Assembly (NCBI GenBank): GCA_905234465.1
Contig: CAJOHU010000003.1
Coordinates: 1 to 47,307 of the forward strand
Source of the DNA: an uncultured Alphaproteobacteria bacterium
Lineage (GTDB): Bacteria > Pseudomonadota > Alphaproteobacteria > Rs-D84
Reading direction: 5' to 3'
Length of the DNA stretch: 47,307 nt
This document shows, one piece after another, positions 19,984 to 29,565 of this stretch. The notes below the pieces were generated by a model, which was given only the letters and a program-made list of their open reading frames with translations, did no database searches and was not told the DNA's origin. Both the position numbers and the translations under genes were made by a program. The stretch's first letter is position 1, and each line of letters begins with the position of its first letter.

Positions 19984-22517
19984 TACATCATCTCGTAATC
20001 TTCGTGACTTAGGACGGTGTCGAATAAACCAACGCCTTCGCCTTCGTGTTTATTGATACCAGAGTATTCCAAACTTGCGTCTTCATAACGTTTGAATTTG
20101 TATACAGCATCGTTCATCAAGGCGTCGTTAAACACCCCAAGGCTTACCAACAATTCAAAATCTTTCACATCTAAACCGGTAACCTTTTTGAATAACCCTG
20201 GTTCCAATTGCGTAATAACGTCTTTTAACGTGCGTTCACGATAATCGGTCAGATACATAAAGATTGGCACGCGGGTCGCAAACTTTATCAATTTTTCCTG
20301 AATCTGTTTGCGTTTAGATTTGAATTCCTTTTCCTCTTCGGACAATTCTTTCTTTTCTTTTTCGGTCAGCTTACGTTCATTGGCTTTTTGTTTCTTTTCT
20401 TTGATTGCGTTGGATTTGTTGATGATGGTTTCGATATCTTGATTCAGACTGCGGAAACCCTCGATACTCATCAATGCTTTCATTGCTTTTTCGTTGCTCA
20501 TCAAACGCATCAAAGTAGCATTATCCACATTGACCAACAAAGCACTTTCCCAACGGCGTGCTAGCAATGTTGCGCTGGTACCACTCATTGCCATATCAAG
20601 TATTTCACCGGCATTGACCTGACGCATAGCACTGCCGTCATAAGCCAGCACCGGTAAGAAGTTGATAAATTCAGCGACTTTCTTTTCTGGGTCGCTTTCT
20701 TCAACGTTCAAACGGCAACTATAATCCGTTATTTGTCGCAACGCACGATCTGGTGCAAAGTCGAAAATATAGCATTCTTCTTTCATTATTTGCGTGGCAT
20801 TTGGATGTTCGCCATCTGGATTCTTAATAACCCACGGTGTTTGTACGCGAAAAGCGGCTTGGAAATACGTTTCTGGAGTCTTTAAGTTTCTTAACATAAA
20901 GATACCCGACCAAGGTTTAACAGACACGCCAGTGGTCAATTTTCCACACGATAAAGTGATGGTCTTGGTTTCCAATGGGTTGTCCATTGTTTCAAATACT
21001 GGCAATAATGCTTTCTCGCCGATGCCAGCTTCTGTTCCGGCGGCAATGATTATCTTATAGTCATGATAAAACACATTTTGACGACGTTTCAGCAGGTTTG
21101 CCATGGCATAACATGCCGCAACCGATGGCAAGAACCAGAACGTGTGCGACAATATACCCAATAAACGAGTATCTGCGAAAGGCATAGGTGGTTTCTTGGC
21201 CCCCATTTTCAGATTATCAACGGTTGTTTCCATCAAATTGCCACGGATAAGATCCAACCATTTCTGTACTTCATTTTCATATTTGAATTTGGCATTTTTA
21301 CCTTCGCCTTCGGCTTCAAAGAATGTGTTCAGATCAAATTCATCAAATTCGCCACCCAATGCAACATTACGGATGGATTCTGGTAATTGATATGTCATCA
21401 TCACCATGCGCGGCAAAGCAGCATAAGGGTTAGTTTCCGGATCTAGCCATTCTTCTTTGGCGCGTTGTTCATCAGAATAAGTCCAGTTATAAATCTGTTC
21501 TTCAATGAATTCACCACTGTTTATCGCACGGAAAGGTGTACCGGATAAATACAGATAGTGCGATGTTGTAATTGGCATATTTGATTCATCAAAATAATCA
21601 ATCGCCTCGCCATTTGCAGCTTTCTGTTCAGCCTTGGATTCATTCTCAAACAAATCTTTCGCATTTTCACGCCACGCACCATAATGATATTCATCAAATA
21701 TAACGCAATCCCAGTTCGTCCCGTGAACCCATTCATTTTGCGCTTTGATACCACCGGCTTCATTTTTGCCCAGATAATCTTGGAACGACCCAAAACAAAC
21801 AATAGGACGATTTAAATCCAAATGTTTCACAGATTCCATAAACTGTTCTGTGGATTTATCTTTCTTGGAAACAAATTGCCATCCTTCAAAATCTTTGTGT
21901 GTATTCAGGTCAGATTCCCACGCTTGCTGAACGGCCGGTTTGAATGTTAAAACCAAAATCTTACTCCAGCCCATGCGTTTGGCCAGTTGATATGCAGTAA
22001 AAGTTTTTCCAAAACGCATCTTGGCGTTCCACAAAAAGTGAGATGTTTTGCCCGGATTTTCTTTTGCCCATGCCTTAAAATACGCGATGGTTTTATCAAC
22101 GGCTTCCTGTTGTTCCGGTCGCATACCGAAATCTTCGGTGCGCTGGACCTCCAAAGAATCGCCATGTCGCAAAGCAACAATTGCCGCCATAACATCAGCT
22201 TCGGAACATTTGAACCATTCGGTCAATTTATTATCCTTGTCGTGCAACTGAATAAAGCCATGATTGCGTAACAAACGATGGACGTCTTTATCTGTAAACA
22301 CAGAACCATCTTCACGAATGGCCGGTTCATCAATTACAATCTTGTACGGCTTTTCACCGGGTTTCAGTATTGGATATTGTTCGGCAACACGATCAATCGC
22401 GTTTTTGGTGGTATAACCAACCTTTAACATACCCACATATTGCGGATTGTTATCACAATATGCATAGATAGTCGGATTTAAATTCGGCCGTGCCGGAAAT
22501 AATACTTTCTTTGCCAT
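19983..22517 (-). CDS. Restriction endonuclease-like protein: N-terminal GIY-YIG/T5orf172-like domain plus SF2 (ResIII-type) helicase
   Basis: 'IYAY...LKVGYT...RVAEQ...EWF' nuclease pattern; 'NAKMRFGKT', 'FDEYH', 'LSGTP', 'YFQAAFRVQTP'. Confidence 0.82.
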   Translation of the reverse strand: MAKKVLFPARPNLNPTIYAYCDNNPQYVGMLKVGYTTKNAIDRVAEQYPILKPGEKPYKIVIDEPAIREDGSVFTDKDVHRLLRNHGFIQLHDKDNKLTEWFKCSEADVMAAIVALRHGDSLEVQRTEDFGMRPEQQEAVDKTIAYFKAWAKENPGKTSHFLWNAKMRFGKTFTAYQLAKRMGWSKILVLTFKPAVQQAWESDLNTHKDFEGWQFVSKKDKSTEQFMESVKHLDLNRPIVCFGSFQDYLGKNEAGGIKAQNEWVHGTNWDCVIFDEYHYGAWRENAKDLFENESKAEQKAANGEAIDYFDESNMPITTSHYLYLSGTPFRAINSGEFIEEQIYNWTYSDEQRAKEEWLDPETNPYAALPRMVMMTYQLPESIRNVALGGEFDEFDLNTFFEAEGEGKNAKFKYENEVQKWLDLIRGNLMETTVDNLKMGAKKPPMPFADTRLLGILSHTFWFLPSVAACYAMANLLKRRQNVFYHDYKIIIAAGTEAGIGEKALLPVFETMDNPLETKTITLSCGKLTTGVSVKPWSGIFMLRNLKTPETYFQAAFRVQTPWVIKNPDGEHPNATQIMKEECYIFDFAPDRALRQITDYSCRLNVEESDPEKKVAEFINFLPVLAYDGSAMRQVNAGEILDMAMSGTSATLLARRWESALLVNVDNATLMRLMSNEKAMKALMSIEGFRSLNQDIETIINKSNAIKEKKQKANERKLTEKEKKELSEEEKEFKSKRKQIQEKLIKFATRVPIFMYLTDYRERTLKDVITQLEPGLFKKVTGLDVKDFELLVSLGVFNDALMNDAVYKFKRYEDASLEYSGINKHEGEGVGLFDTVLSHEDYEMM

Positions 22518-22520
22518 GAC

Positions 22521-24029
22521 TTACTCCATTGGTCGAACCATAGATTCAATAAACGCAATTTCATCTTTGGTAAGTTTGTATTTCTTGTATAATTTTTCAT
22601 CAGTCCATTCTTCATTGAAATCTTGCATTGGAACAAATGAATACACCCTAGTTGGCGCATCTTGTGTGTTTTTTATTAACAATACTAAAAATCTGAACAG
22701 TTTAGTTTTAACGTAAGAAATGAAGTTTATGGCTTCTTGCTCGGAGTTAAAAGAATTCATTACACGATACGTTGCAGTACTGGCTGTACCTGGTTCTCCT
22801 ATAAAGGGTTTTCCTAGAACAAGGTAAGGGAAATCGCCCCTTTCACCATAAGCTTTTGCAGTAAAAACCTTCCACTTATCAATTAAATCTGCATTATTTA
22901 CAATTTTTGATTTATCAATGTATCCGTTATTGGGATATGCAAATAATTTAATAGAATTTTTGAAGGGCTTTGCAGAAAAATCACGGAAATTTGTATTTAA
23001 TCCAAAAGGATTTTGTGCACTAATAAAATTATCTAATGTTTCGGCTCGATCCTTTAAAACTTTATTTAATATCGGTAATGCCTCATTAAAACGAACAAAT
23101 TTATCGTCCCCGAATTCAGATAATAGTCTGTCTGCCATAACTTGTTTGTTCTTAAGATGAGAAATAAATTTACATTTCCCTGTGTTATCTCTGTCCCACA
23201 AGAAATAGCATACACCGCCAGATATATCTACCCCAGCAAAACATTCGGTTGAATTAAAAAAATCATGTAAGACACGGATTCTCTGATCGTTTAACATCTC
23301 TTTGCGAAAAGAGTCAAGACCACGCCCCCCACTAAACCACCTACTTGGAATAATCATGGTTAAATATCTAGGGTCCATTTTTTTAGCTTGTTGTATAAAT
23401 TTTTGATAGATCGGCATGGCGGCGGATTTCGCCAAACTATCTTCTTTCTGATTAGAATCTTCAAGACTTAATTGATATGGTGGATTTCCGATTATTACGT
23501 CAAATTTCATTTTAAATGCCTCATTACCATGAATAAATTGATATGCGTGTGTTTCCAGAGCTTCATCACGATCGTATTCTGCCTGGGATGCACCACAGAA
23601 TTTACATTTACCATTTTCCCATGTGTGTTCTGTGCGATTAAATACGATGTTTCCGCTTTCGTTTTTGAATTCGTTACAAATTGAATATTTTCCATTGGCG
23701 TATTTAGAACAGTAAACAGAACGTCGTGACAACATTGATGTAAGTTCGGTAATTGCGATACCATATAATTGTTTTGAATAAATATGATTCAGGCGTTCTT
23801 GTAAATCCGGAATCTTTTTTTCCAATCCATCAATTAGGCGTTTTGCAATTTCACGCAAAAAGACACCACTTTTGCAACATGGATCAAGAAACTTTGCGTC
23901 TGGGTTTGACCATAATTCCGCCGGCAACATATCCAGCATTTGGTTGGCAATGGTTGGTGGTGTAAAGACTTCATCATTGCTAAGGTTGGCCAAACAACTT
24001 AATACATCAGGATTATATTTATTCTGCAT
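22521..24029 (-). CDS. Eco57I-like N6-adenine DNA methyltransferase with C-terminal TRD-like region
   Basis: 'EVFTPP', motif I 'FLDPCCKSGVFL', motif IV 'IIGNPPY', 'MIIPSRW'. Confidence 0.88.
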   Translation of the reverse strand: MQNKYNPDVLSCLANLSNDEVFTPPTIANQMLDMLPAELWSNPDAKFLDPCCKSGVFLREIAKRLIDGLEKKIPDLQERLNHIYSKQLYGIAITELTSMLSRRSVYCSKYANGKYSICNEFKNESGNIVFNRTEHTWENGKCKFCGASQAEYDRDEALETHAYQFIHGNEAFKMKFDVIIGNPPYQLSLEDSNQKEDSLAKSAAMPIYQKFIQQAKKMDPRYLTMIIPSRWFSGGRGLDSFRKEMLNDQRIRVLHDFFNSTECFAGVDISGGVCYFLWDRDNTGKCKFISHLKNKQVMADRLLSEFGDDKFVRFNEALPILNKVLKDRAETLDNFISAQNPFGLNTNFRDFSAKPFKNSIKLFAYPNNGYIDKSKIVNNADLIDKWKVFTAKAYGERGDFPYLVLGKPFIGEPGTASTATYRVMNSFNSEQEAINFISYVKTKLFRFLVLLIKNTQDAPTRVYSFVPMQDFNEEWTDEKLYKKYKLTKDEIAFIESMVRPME

Positions 24030-24702
24030 CTTTCAACCTTTTGTAATCAGTTGGTGGAAATTCGCGCACAGAAACAGGCGACCAGTTACCTTCGCCTGTG
24101 TCTGAACTATTAAAAGTCCCGTTAAATTCGGGGTTAACTAAATGGGCAAAATAATAGTCGCGGCGTTTGAATTTACCCAAGACCATCGACCATTCTGAAA
24201 AAACAATTGGTTTATCGCTGCCGTCTGCGTATTTAAGGGTTAATGCATCGCCCAAGACAATGTTTTTACTTAAAATGAAACGGATAGTTTCAACAAAGTC
24301 CGTTGGAATGCAATCGCATTTGCATTTACATGCGTTGGCATAATTTTCAATGCATATTCCCAACAATAAAGCACGACAGTCGGCAACGTTGTCCGGCAAC
24401 AGGTCAATACCATATATACTGGCCACCGCTAATATGGCATAGCGTTCATAATCGGTTGAATTACGGCGATATCGTTCGGAAACAATCGACAGTTTGCGGC
24501 GTAGTATTTCGGTCAGAAAAGCCCCTTTGCCGCATGCGGGTTCTAAAAAGCGGCTATCTATGCGCTGGGTTTCCTGTTTGACCAGGTCAAGCATGGCATT
24601 AACCTCACGCGGGGCTGTAAAAACCTCACCGTGATTTGCTACACGTTGTTTGGAAACAGTCTGTTTGGTTGAATCGCAATCCTTTTTGCCCGAATGAAAC
24701 AT
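24019..24702 (-). CDS. Short methyltransferase-like protein (SAM-binding half, no NPPY)
   Basis: 'HGEVFTAP', 'FLEPACGKGAFL', 'IYGIDL', 'NIVLGDAL'. Overlaps the start of the next MTase. Confidence 0.75.
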   Translation of the reverse strand: MFHSGKKDCDSTKQTVSKQRVANHGEVFTAPREVNAMLDLVKQETQRIDSRFLEPACGKGAFLTEILRRKLSIVSERYRRNSTDYERYAILAVASIYGIDLLPDNVADCRALLLGICIENYANACKCKCDCIPTDFVETIRFILSKNIVLGDALTLKYADGSDKPIVFSEWSMVLGKFKRRDYYFAHLVNPEFNGTFNSSDTGEGNWSPVSVREFPPTDYKRLKDAE

Positions 24703-24753
24703 TTATAGGAACCCTTTATTGTTCCAAAATTGTAAAATAAAAAAGCCCCAAAA

Positions 24754-25392
24754 TCAACTGTTTTCAAAAGACAAATTCCTATAACAGCCAATCCTTCCTT
24801 TTTGTGATTCAAGAAATCGCGAAATTGTGGGCGGACTGACCCGAATAGTTCTGGCAATTTTGCGTTTAGAAATCCCCGCCGAATACATATTCAGTATTAA
24901 GTCTTCATGGCCGTCAATAATATGACACGTGTTCTTTTGACCGCATGGCCGTCCCAATTTAATGCCCTGAATTCGTAATTTGGCCATTGCCTCTCTGGTG
25001 CGCTGAGCAATAAGGTTGCGTTCAATCTCGGCAGACAGGCCAAATGCAAATGCCAAAACCTTTGATTGAATTGTGTCGCCCAACTCATAGGCGTCTTTGA
25101 CGGTATAAAGCCGCGCACCGATTTTCATACAATGCTCCAGTATTCGCATAATCATGAACATTTTTCGCCCCAGGCGTGAAAGTTCACTGCAAATTATAAC
25201 GTCCCCTGGGTTTAATTTGCGCAACATGCCACCCAGGGCGCGTTGTTCTGGTTCTTTGGTGCCAGAAATACCCGCATCTTCGATGTATTTATCAATACTA
25301 AGCCCCAGTGCGTTGGCTTTGGATTCAATGCCCAGTTTTTGATTTTCACAGTCTTGTTTGTCGGTCGAAACCCGAATATAACCATATATCAC
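24754..25392 (-). CDS. Small serine recombinase (resolvase/invertase) with C-terminal HTH
   Basis: 'YGYIRVSTDKQ', 'SELSRLGR', 'AEIERNLIAQRTREAM...KLGRP'. RBS AAGGAG before the GTG start. Confidence 0.93.
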   Translation of the reverse strand: MIYGYIRVSTDKQDCENQKLGIESKANALGLSIDKYIEDAGISGTKEPEQRALGGMLRKLNPGDVIICSELSRLGRKMFMIMRILEHCMKIGARLYTVKDAYELGDTIQSKVLAFAFGLSAEIERNLIAQRTREAMAKLRIQGIKLGRPCGQKNTCHIIDGHEDLILNMYSAGISKRKIARTIRVSPPTISRFLESQKGRIGCYRNLSFENS

Positions 25393-25464
25393 AATAAACT
25401 CCTTTGGTTCGTTGTTCTATATGCCGTATATTTCGTGTTATTCAAGTAATTATAAGGGGTAATT

Positions 25465-25941
25465 TTATCCCACAAACACAATTCCAAACCATTTGCGTAA
25501 AAGAGTTAGATGGGCGTTATATGTCGTTGCGCGGGATTGTTCGCGCTTGAATTCGGCGATTTCTTCGGCTGACAAGCCAAGTTCCCGTATAAGCCGATTA
25601 GCCAGCCCCATAAGATAGAAAACGTTTCCTTGGGGGCTTTTTAGGTCAATAATGATGCCGGTTGGATACTTTGCGTTGGGTATATTCGGTATTTCGTTGC
25701 GCTGGGTGGCTTTAAGACGTGCGACCATTTGAACAAACTTGTTTTGTATGCGGCGGAGTAGCCATGCCTGGCGACAGGTCAATTTGCCACCGTTTGTTCG
25801 GCGAATTGCGGCTTGTAACTCGCGTAGAGACCGACATGCGGCAAAGTATAGCATAACAAAATCTGTGCGATGGTTGGGCAAAATATCGTCAAAATGCGTA
25901 TATTTCATAGACAATCCTTTTAAGGTTGTCGTATTTGGCAT
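25465..25941 (-). CDS. Hypothetical protein
   Basis: 158-aa ORF (start may be ATG 25908), co-oriented with the resolvase; no motif recognised with confidence. Confidence 0.55.
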   Translation of the reverse strand: MPNTTTLKGLSMKYTHFDDILPNHRTDFVMLYFAACRSLRELQAAIRRTNGGKLTCRQAWLLRRIQNKFVQMVARLKATQRNEIPNIPNAKYPTGIIIDLKSPQGNVFYLMGLANRLIRELGLSAEEIAEFKREQSRATTYNAHLTLLRKWFGIVFVG

Positions 25942-26043
25942 AATCTTTCGCCGCTTGTCCAGTTATTTGTTCTAATAAAACAGATTGCAATGCTGGGCTT
26001 GGTTGTGATAAAATCTTAGGGAGTTAGCCACAGGAGAGCCAAT

Positions 26044-26508
26044 ATGAAAAAAATACTTTTTATATCATTATGTTCACTAATATCTTTTGGGGCGTATGCC
26101 GCAGATATGCCAACCCCGCCAACGGATGGTGGACATGGTGGTCATGGGCCAATGAATATGTTCGCCAATTTAACAGACGAACAAAAATCATGTATAGAGG
26201 CCTATGGGTGCAAAATGCCTGAAAAACCAACAAAGGATGAAAACCAATCCAGACCAGAACCCAGAAATATGGCGGATGGGCGTCCTGATAAAAAACCAGA
26301 TAATGCCCCAGAAAAACCGGATGATGAAAAAAGCAATATGAAGGGTTCTAATCCACCAGAAATGGGAACGGAGCAAAAAGAGTCCATGGATTGTATGCGA
26401 AAGGCAATGGAATCTTGCGGGATTGAAATGCCACAAAGACCCGAAAAACCATCTGGCGAACGTTTTGATGAACAACGTCAATCGGAACGCAAAGTTGGCA
26501 CCAGGTAA
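26044..26508 (+). CDS. Secreted low-complexity Pro/Lys-rich protein with two Cys pairs
   Basis: RBS AGGAG, signal peptide 'MKKILFISLCSLISFGAYA', internal repeat EQK..C...GC/CG.MP..P; followed by a terminator. Confidence 0.75.
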   Translation: MKKILFISLCSLISFGAYAADMPTPPTDGGHGGHGPMNMFANLTDEQKSCIEAYGCKMPEKPTKDENQSRPEPRNMADGRPDKKPDNAPEKPDDEKSNMKGSNPPEMGTEQKESMDCMRKAMESCGIEMPQRPEKPSGERFDEQRQSERKVGTR

Positions 26509-26526
26509 AAAATGTTTTATTGAAAT

Positions 26527-26560
26527 AAAAAACATGGGCACTATGATGTCCATGTTTTTT
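26527..26560. terminator. Intrinsic terminator
   Basis: AAAAAACATGGGCA-CTATGA-TGTCCATGTTTTTT. Confidence 0.7.
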
Positions 26561-26658
26561 GTTATATTTGGCATAATGTTTCGCTACTTGTTCAGTCATT
26601 TCTTTTTACTAGCTATTTTGGGTGTTTGCGGCTATACTTTGGGCAAAGGAAAAAAGAA

Positions 26659-27483
26659 ATGACACAATCGACAAGTATAAAATTATTCGAAGACAAAAAC
26701 ATCCGGACACTTTGGGATGAAGACCAAGAACAATGGTATTTTTCGGTTGTGGATGTTATCGCTGTTTTGACCGATAGTGCTAACCCTAGGCATTATTGGA
26801 ACGTATTGAAAGGCAGATTAAAAGAAGAAGGTAACCAGTCGGTCACAAATTGTGACCAACTGAAATTTCAAGCGGCAGACGGTAAATACTACCTGCAAGA
26901 TGCGGCAACGGCGGAACAATTATTGCGTTTGATTCAATCAATCCCAAGTAAGAAAGCAGAACCATTTAAGTTATGGTTGGCACGTGTCGGTTCTGAAAGA
27001 TTAGATGAAATCGCAGATCCAGAATTGGCAATCAATCGTGCGCTGGAAACTTATGCGCGCAAAGGGTATTCGCTGGATTGGATAAATCAACGGTTGAAAA
27101 CGATTGAAGTCCGCAAACTGATGACCGATGAATGGGACAAAGGTGGCATCAAGAAAGGTCTGGAATATGCAATTTTAACGGACGAGATTTACAAAGGTTG
27201 GGCTGGCATGAATAGTCGCGAATATAAAAAGTTAAAAGGTTTGCACAAAGAAAACCTGCGCGACAATATGAGCAATCTTGAACTGGTGCTTAACATGCTG
27301 GCGGAGGCAACAACCACAGAAATCGCGAAGAAGGAAAAACCGCAGGGATTATCTGCGAACATTCGTGTTGCACGCGAGGGTGCAAGCGTTGCCGGCGATG
27401 CCCGCAAGAAAATAGAAGCCAAGACCGGTAAACCAGTTTTGACCGGTCGCAATGCGAAAAGCTTAAAAAAGATAACAAAATAA
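26659..27483 (+). CDS. Bro-N domain (phage antirepressor-like) protein
   Basis: 'IKLFEDKNIRTLWDEDQEQWYFSVVDVI', 'IQSIPSKKAEPFKLWLA', 'ENLRDNMS..ELVLNMLAE'. RBS AAGGA. Confidence 0.85.
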   Translation: MTQSTSIKLFEDKNIRTLWDEDQEQWYFSVVDVIAVLTDSANPRHYWNVLKGRLKEEGNQSVTNCDQLKFQAADGKYYLQDAATAEQLLRLIQSIPSKKAEPFKLWLARVGSERLDEIADPELAINRALETYARKGYSLDWINQRLKTIEVRKLMTDEWDKGGIKKGLEYAILTDEIYKGWAGMNSREYKKLKGLHKENLRDNMSNLELVLNMLAEATTTEIAKKEKPQGLSANIRVAREGASVAGDARKKIEAKTGKPVLTGRNAKSLKKITK

Positions 27484-27541
27484 ATTTCATCATTTTATTG
27501 CTTTTTCTTGATTTTTACGGATTATGCGGTATTGTTTATGT

Positions 27542-28003
27542 ATGAAAAATAATAATCCGCGTATTATTCATGAACGTTTTGATGCAGAATTTGCAGACAA
27601 TACGAAATGGACACGTGCACGCGTCGAAGTAAAAATTGGCTCTGCTGTCATCTTTGCTTTACGGATGGATAAGAACAATACAACATGGCAACAAATGTTA
27701 GCGTCATGGCCAAAGGATTGTTCGATACGATATGAATGGTTTGAATCTGTTATTGCGGATATTAAATTGAACCCAATTATGTGCGGTTGTGATGACACAT
27801 ATGAAAATTTATATAATGTTTTAGTACATTGGTTAGAATCTGTGGACAGTGTCAAGAATCGAAAATTGTTGATTTTGCACTCATGCAGTTTATCAATGAC
27901 TAAAGTCGGGAAATTGACAGGATTGTCGCGTCAGACTGCAAGTCGTCGTTACACTAATGCTCTGGATGCACTGGTTTGGAGCTTGAATCATCCAAAAGAC
28001 TAA
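27542..28003 (+). CDS. Phage regulatory protein with C-terminal sigma70-region-4-like HTH
   Basis: C-terminal 'SMTKVGKLTGLSRQTASRRYTNALDAL' is HTH-like; start uncertain (27524 or 27542). Confidence 0.55.
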   Translation: MKNNNPRIIHERFDAEFADNTKWTRARVEVKIGSAVIFALRMDKNNTTWQQMLASWPKDCSIRYEWFESVIADIKLNPIMCGCDDTYENLYNVLVHWLESVDSVKNRKLLILHSCSLSMTKVGKLTGLSRQTASRRYTNALDALVWSLNHPKD

Positions 28004-28166
28004 CTAACAACTTAAATCATGAGTTGTCGCATATTTGTGCGCAATCAAAAGCCATCAAAAACAATACATATACTGTTTTGTCGCAAAAGCGTGCATTGCG
28101 CACGCGTATTTTTTATGCATATTTTTGTATATAGACACATCAGAACACGAACCAAAAGGACAAATC

Positions 28167-28379
28167 ATGACAACAATATTATCCAAAGACGAATATATGA
28201 CCGAACGTGCGCTGGCTGAAATGTGGGGATTGAAACGCAATACTTTACAAAAATGGCGTTCGTTAGGTGTTGGACCAAAATTTCTAAAACGTGTCGGACG
28301 CATCGTATACCGGAAACAAGATATAGCCGAATTTGAACAAAACAATATATTCCAACGTACTACAAGCGACAAACGATAG
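28167..28379 (+). CDS. Excisionase/AlpA-like helix-turn-helix protein
   Basis: 70 aa: 'YMTERALAEMWGLKRNTLQKWRSLGVGPKFLKRVGRIVYRKQDI'. RBS AAGGA. Confidence 0.85.
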   Translation: MTTILSKDEYMTERALAEMWGLKRNTLQKWRSLGVGPKFLKRVGRIVYRKQDIAEFEQNNIFQRTTSDKR

Positions 28380-28388
28380 GAAACTGTT

Positions 28389-28973
28389 ATGAAACGGCTG
28401 GCCAATCCAAAATGGGCACTTTTATTGGAAAATATATCACGCGAAGAACGTGGCGATATATTTATGGCTGTCTTAAGGTATCCAGATTTGGAATGTTCAA
28501 GTGCTGTGTGGCCATTTATAAAAGCCGAATTAGATGAAGACGATATTAAATACAAAGCCAAATGTGAACGACTGGCCACGAACAGATTGGCACGTTGGGG
28601 CGAACAGAATTCATCAGATATCAAACAGACTTTATCAGATATCGGACAGAAATCAGACGCAATAGCAAATAGCAAGACCAACAATACAAATACAATAGAA
28701 CAAAGCAAGGCAATACAAAGTCGTGCAAATGATATACTTCAAAAATTATCAAACTCTTTCAGCCCATTACGCACGCCTAAATATCATATAGATAATGAAT
28801 TTTCATTGCCAGAAATCATTAAAAGGAACCGTGATTTGTTACCAGTATTCAAAGAATTTACACCAGAACAACTGGAAAAAGGACAATTGTCATTGATACG
28901 CAAGTGTATGGGACAAGACAAAACAATGGCACAAATCATAGGATGGATAAGGAATGAAGGAAAATTCACATAA
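28389..28973 (+). CDS. Putative replication initiator (replisome-organiser-like)
   Basis: N-terminal 'LLENISREERGDIFMAVLRY', followed by a linker containing 21-bp-period DNA repeats and an A-rich tract; position after the Xis-like gene. Confidence 0.5.
   Translation: MKRLANPKWALLLENISREERGDIFMAVLRYPDLECSSAVWPFIKAELDEDDIKYKAKCERLATNRLARWGEQNSSDIKQTLSDIGQKSDAIANSKTNNTNTIEQSKAIQSRANDILQKLSNSFSPLRTPKYHIDNEFSLPEIIKRNRDLLPVFKEFTPEQLEKGQLSLIRKCMGQDKTMAQIIGWIRNEGKFT
28604..28657 (+). repeat. Iteron-like repeats inside the rep-like gene
   Basis: ACAGAATTCATCAGATATC (28604), ACAGACTTTATCAGATATC (28625), partial ACAGAAATCAGA (28646); period 21 bp. Confidence 0.55.
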
Positions 28974-28978
28974 GTAAA

Positions 28979-29040
28979 AGGTACTGTGACGACCTTTCGT
29001 ACTGAGGGTAACGGCGAGCGCGGCATTTGCCTAGCGACAG
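28979..29040 (+). other. Possible cos-like packaging site
   Basis: GC-rich intergenic patch AGGTACT...GGGTAACGGCGAGCGCGG directly upstream of the TerS-like gene; loosely resembles lambda cosQ/cosN. Confidence 0.35.
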
Positions 29041-29087
29041 AAACAAAAAAACGGTGAACGGTGAACACAAAACAAAAAGGAGCAACA

Positions 29088-29564
29088 ATGTTATTATCAA
29101 GAAGAGAATATGCAGCACATCGTGGGGTTGCGGTATCAGCAGTCCAAAAGGCGATTGAAACGGGACGAATAACCCTGACGGACGGAAAGATAGATCCGGA
29201 AAAAGCAGATAAAGAATGGGCAGAAAATACTAACCCCGTCTATAACAGTCCACGTACAGATGACAGTTCTTCAAATCCTTATCAGAAAAGCAAAATAATG
29301 AAGACGACATACGATGCGATGCTGAAGAAACTGGAATATGAAGAACGAGCAGGAAAGTTAGTCTCTAGAGCACAAGTAGAATCTGATATCTTTGCAGCCT
29401 CTCGGGCTACAAGGGATCATTTACTGATGATTCCGAAGCGTGTTGCGCCACGAATTATCGGTCAAAACAGTATTTCCGAGATCGAATATATTTTGACTAA
29501 GGAAATTACAAACTCATTAACGAGTTTGTGCGACTTATTAACAGGAAAAAATAAAGGAGAATAA
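29088..29564 (+). CDS. Terminase small subunit (Nu1)-like protein
   Basis: N-terminal wHTH 'LSRREYAAHRGVAVSAVQKAIETGRI', coiled coil 'LEYEERAGKLVSRAQVE...TRDHLLMIPKRVAPRI'. RBS AAGGAG. Confidence 0.7.
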   Translation: MLLSRREYAAHRGVAVSAVQKAIETGRITLTDGKIDPEKADKEWAENTNPVYNSPRTDDSSSNPYQKSKIMKTTYDAMLKKLEYEERAGKLVSRAQVESDIFAASRATRDHLLMIPKRVAPRIIGQNSISEIEYILTKEITNSLTSLCDLLTGKNKGE

Positions 29565-29565
29565 A

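Noticed and set aside
26534-26662. 42-aa hydrophobic ORF (type I toxin or holin candidate)
   Set aside because: Its start lies within a terminator hairpin, there is no RBS, and the hydrophobicity follows from T-rich intergenic sequence.
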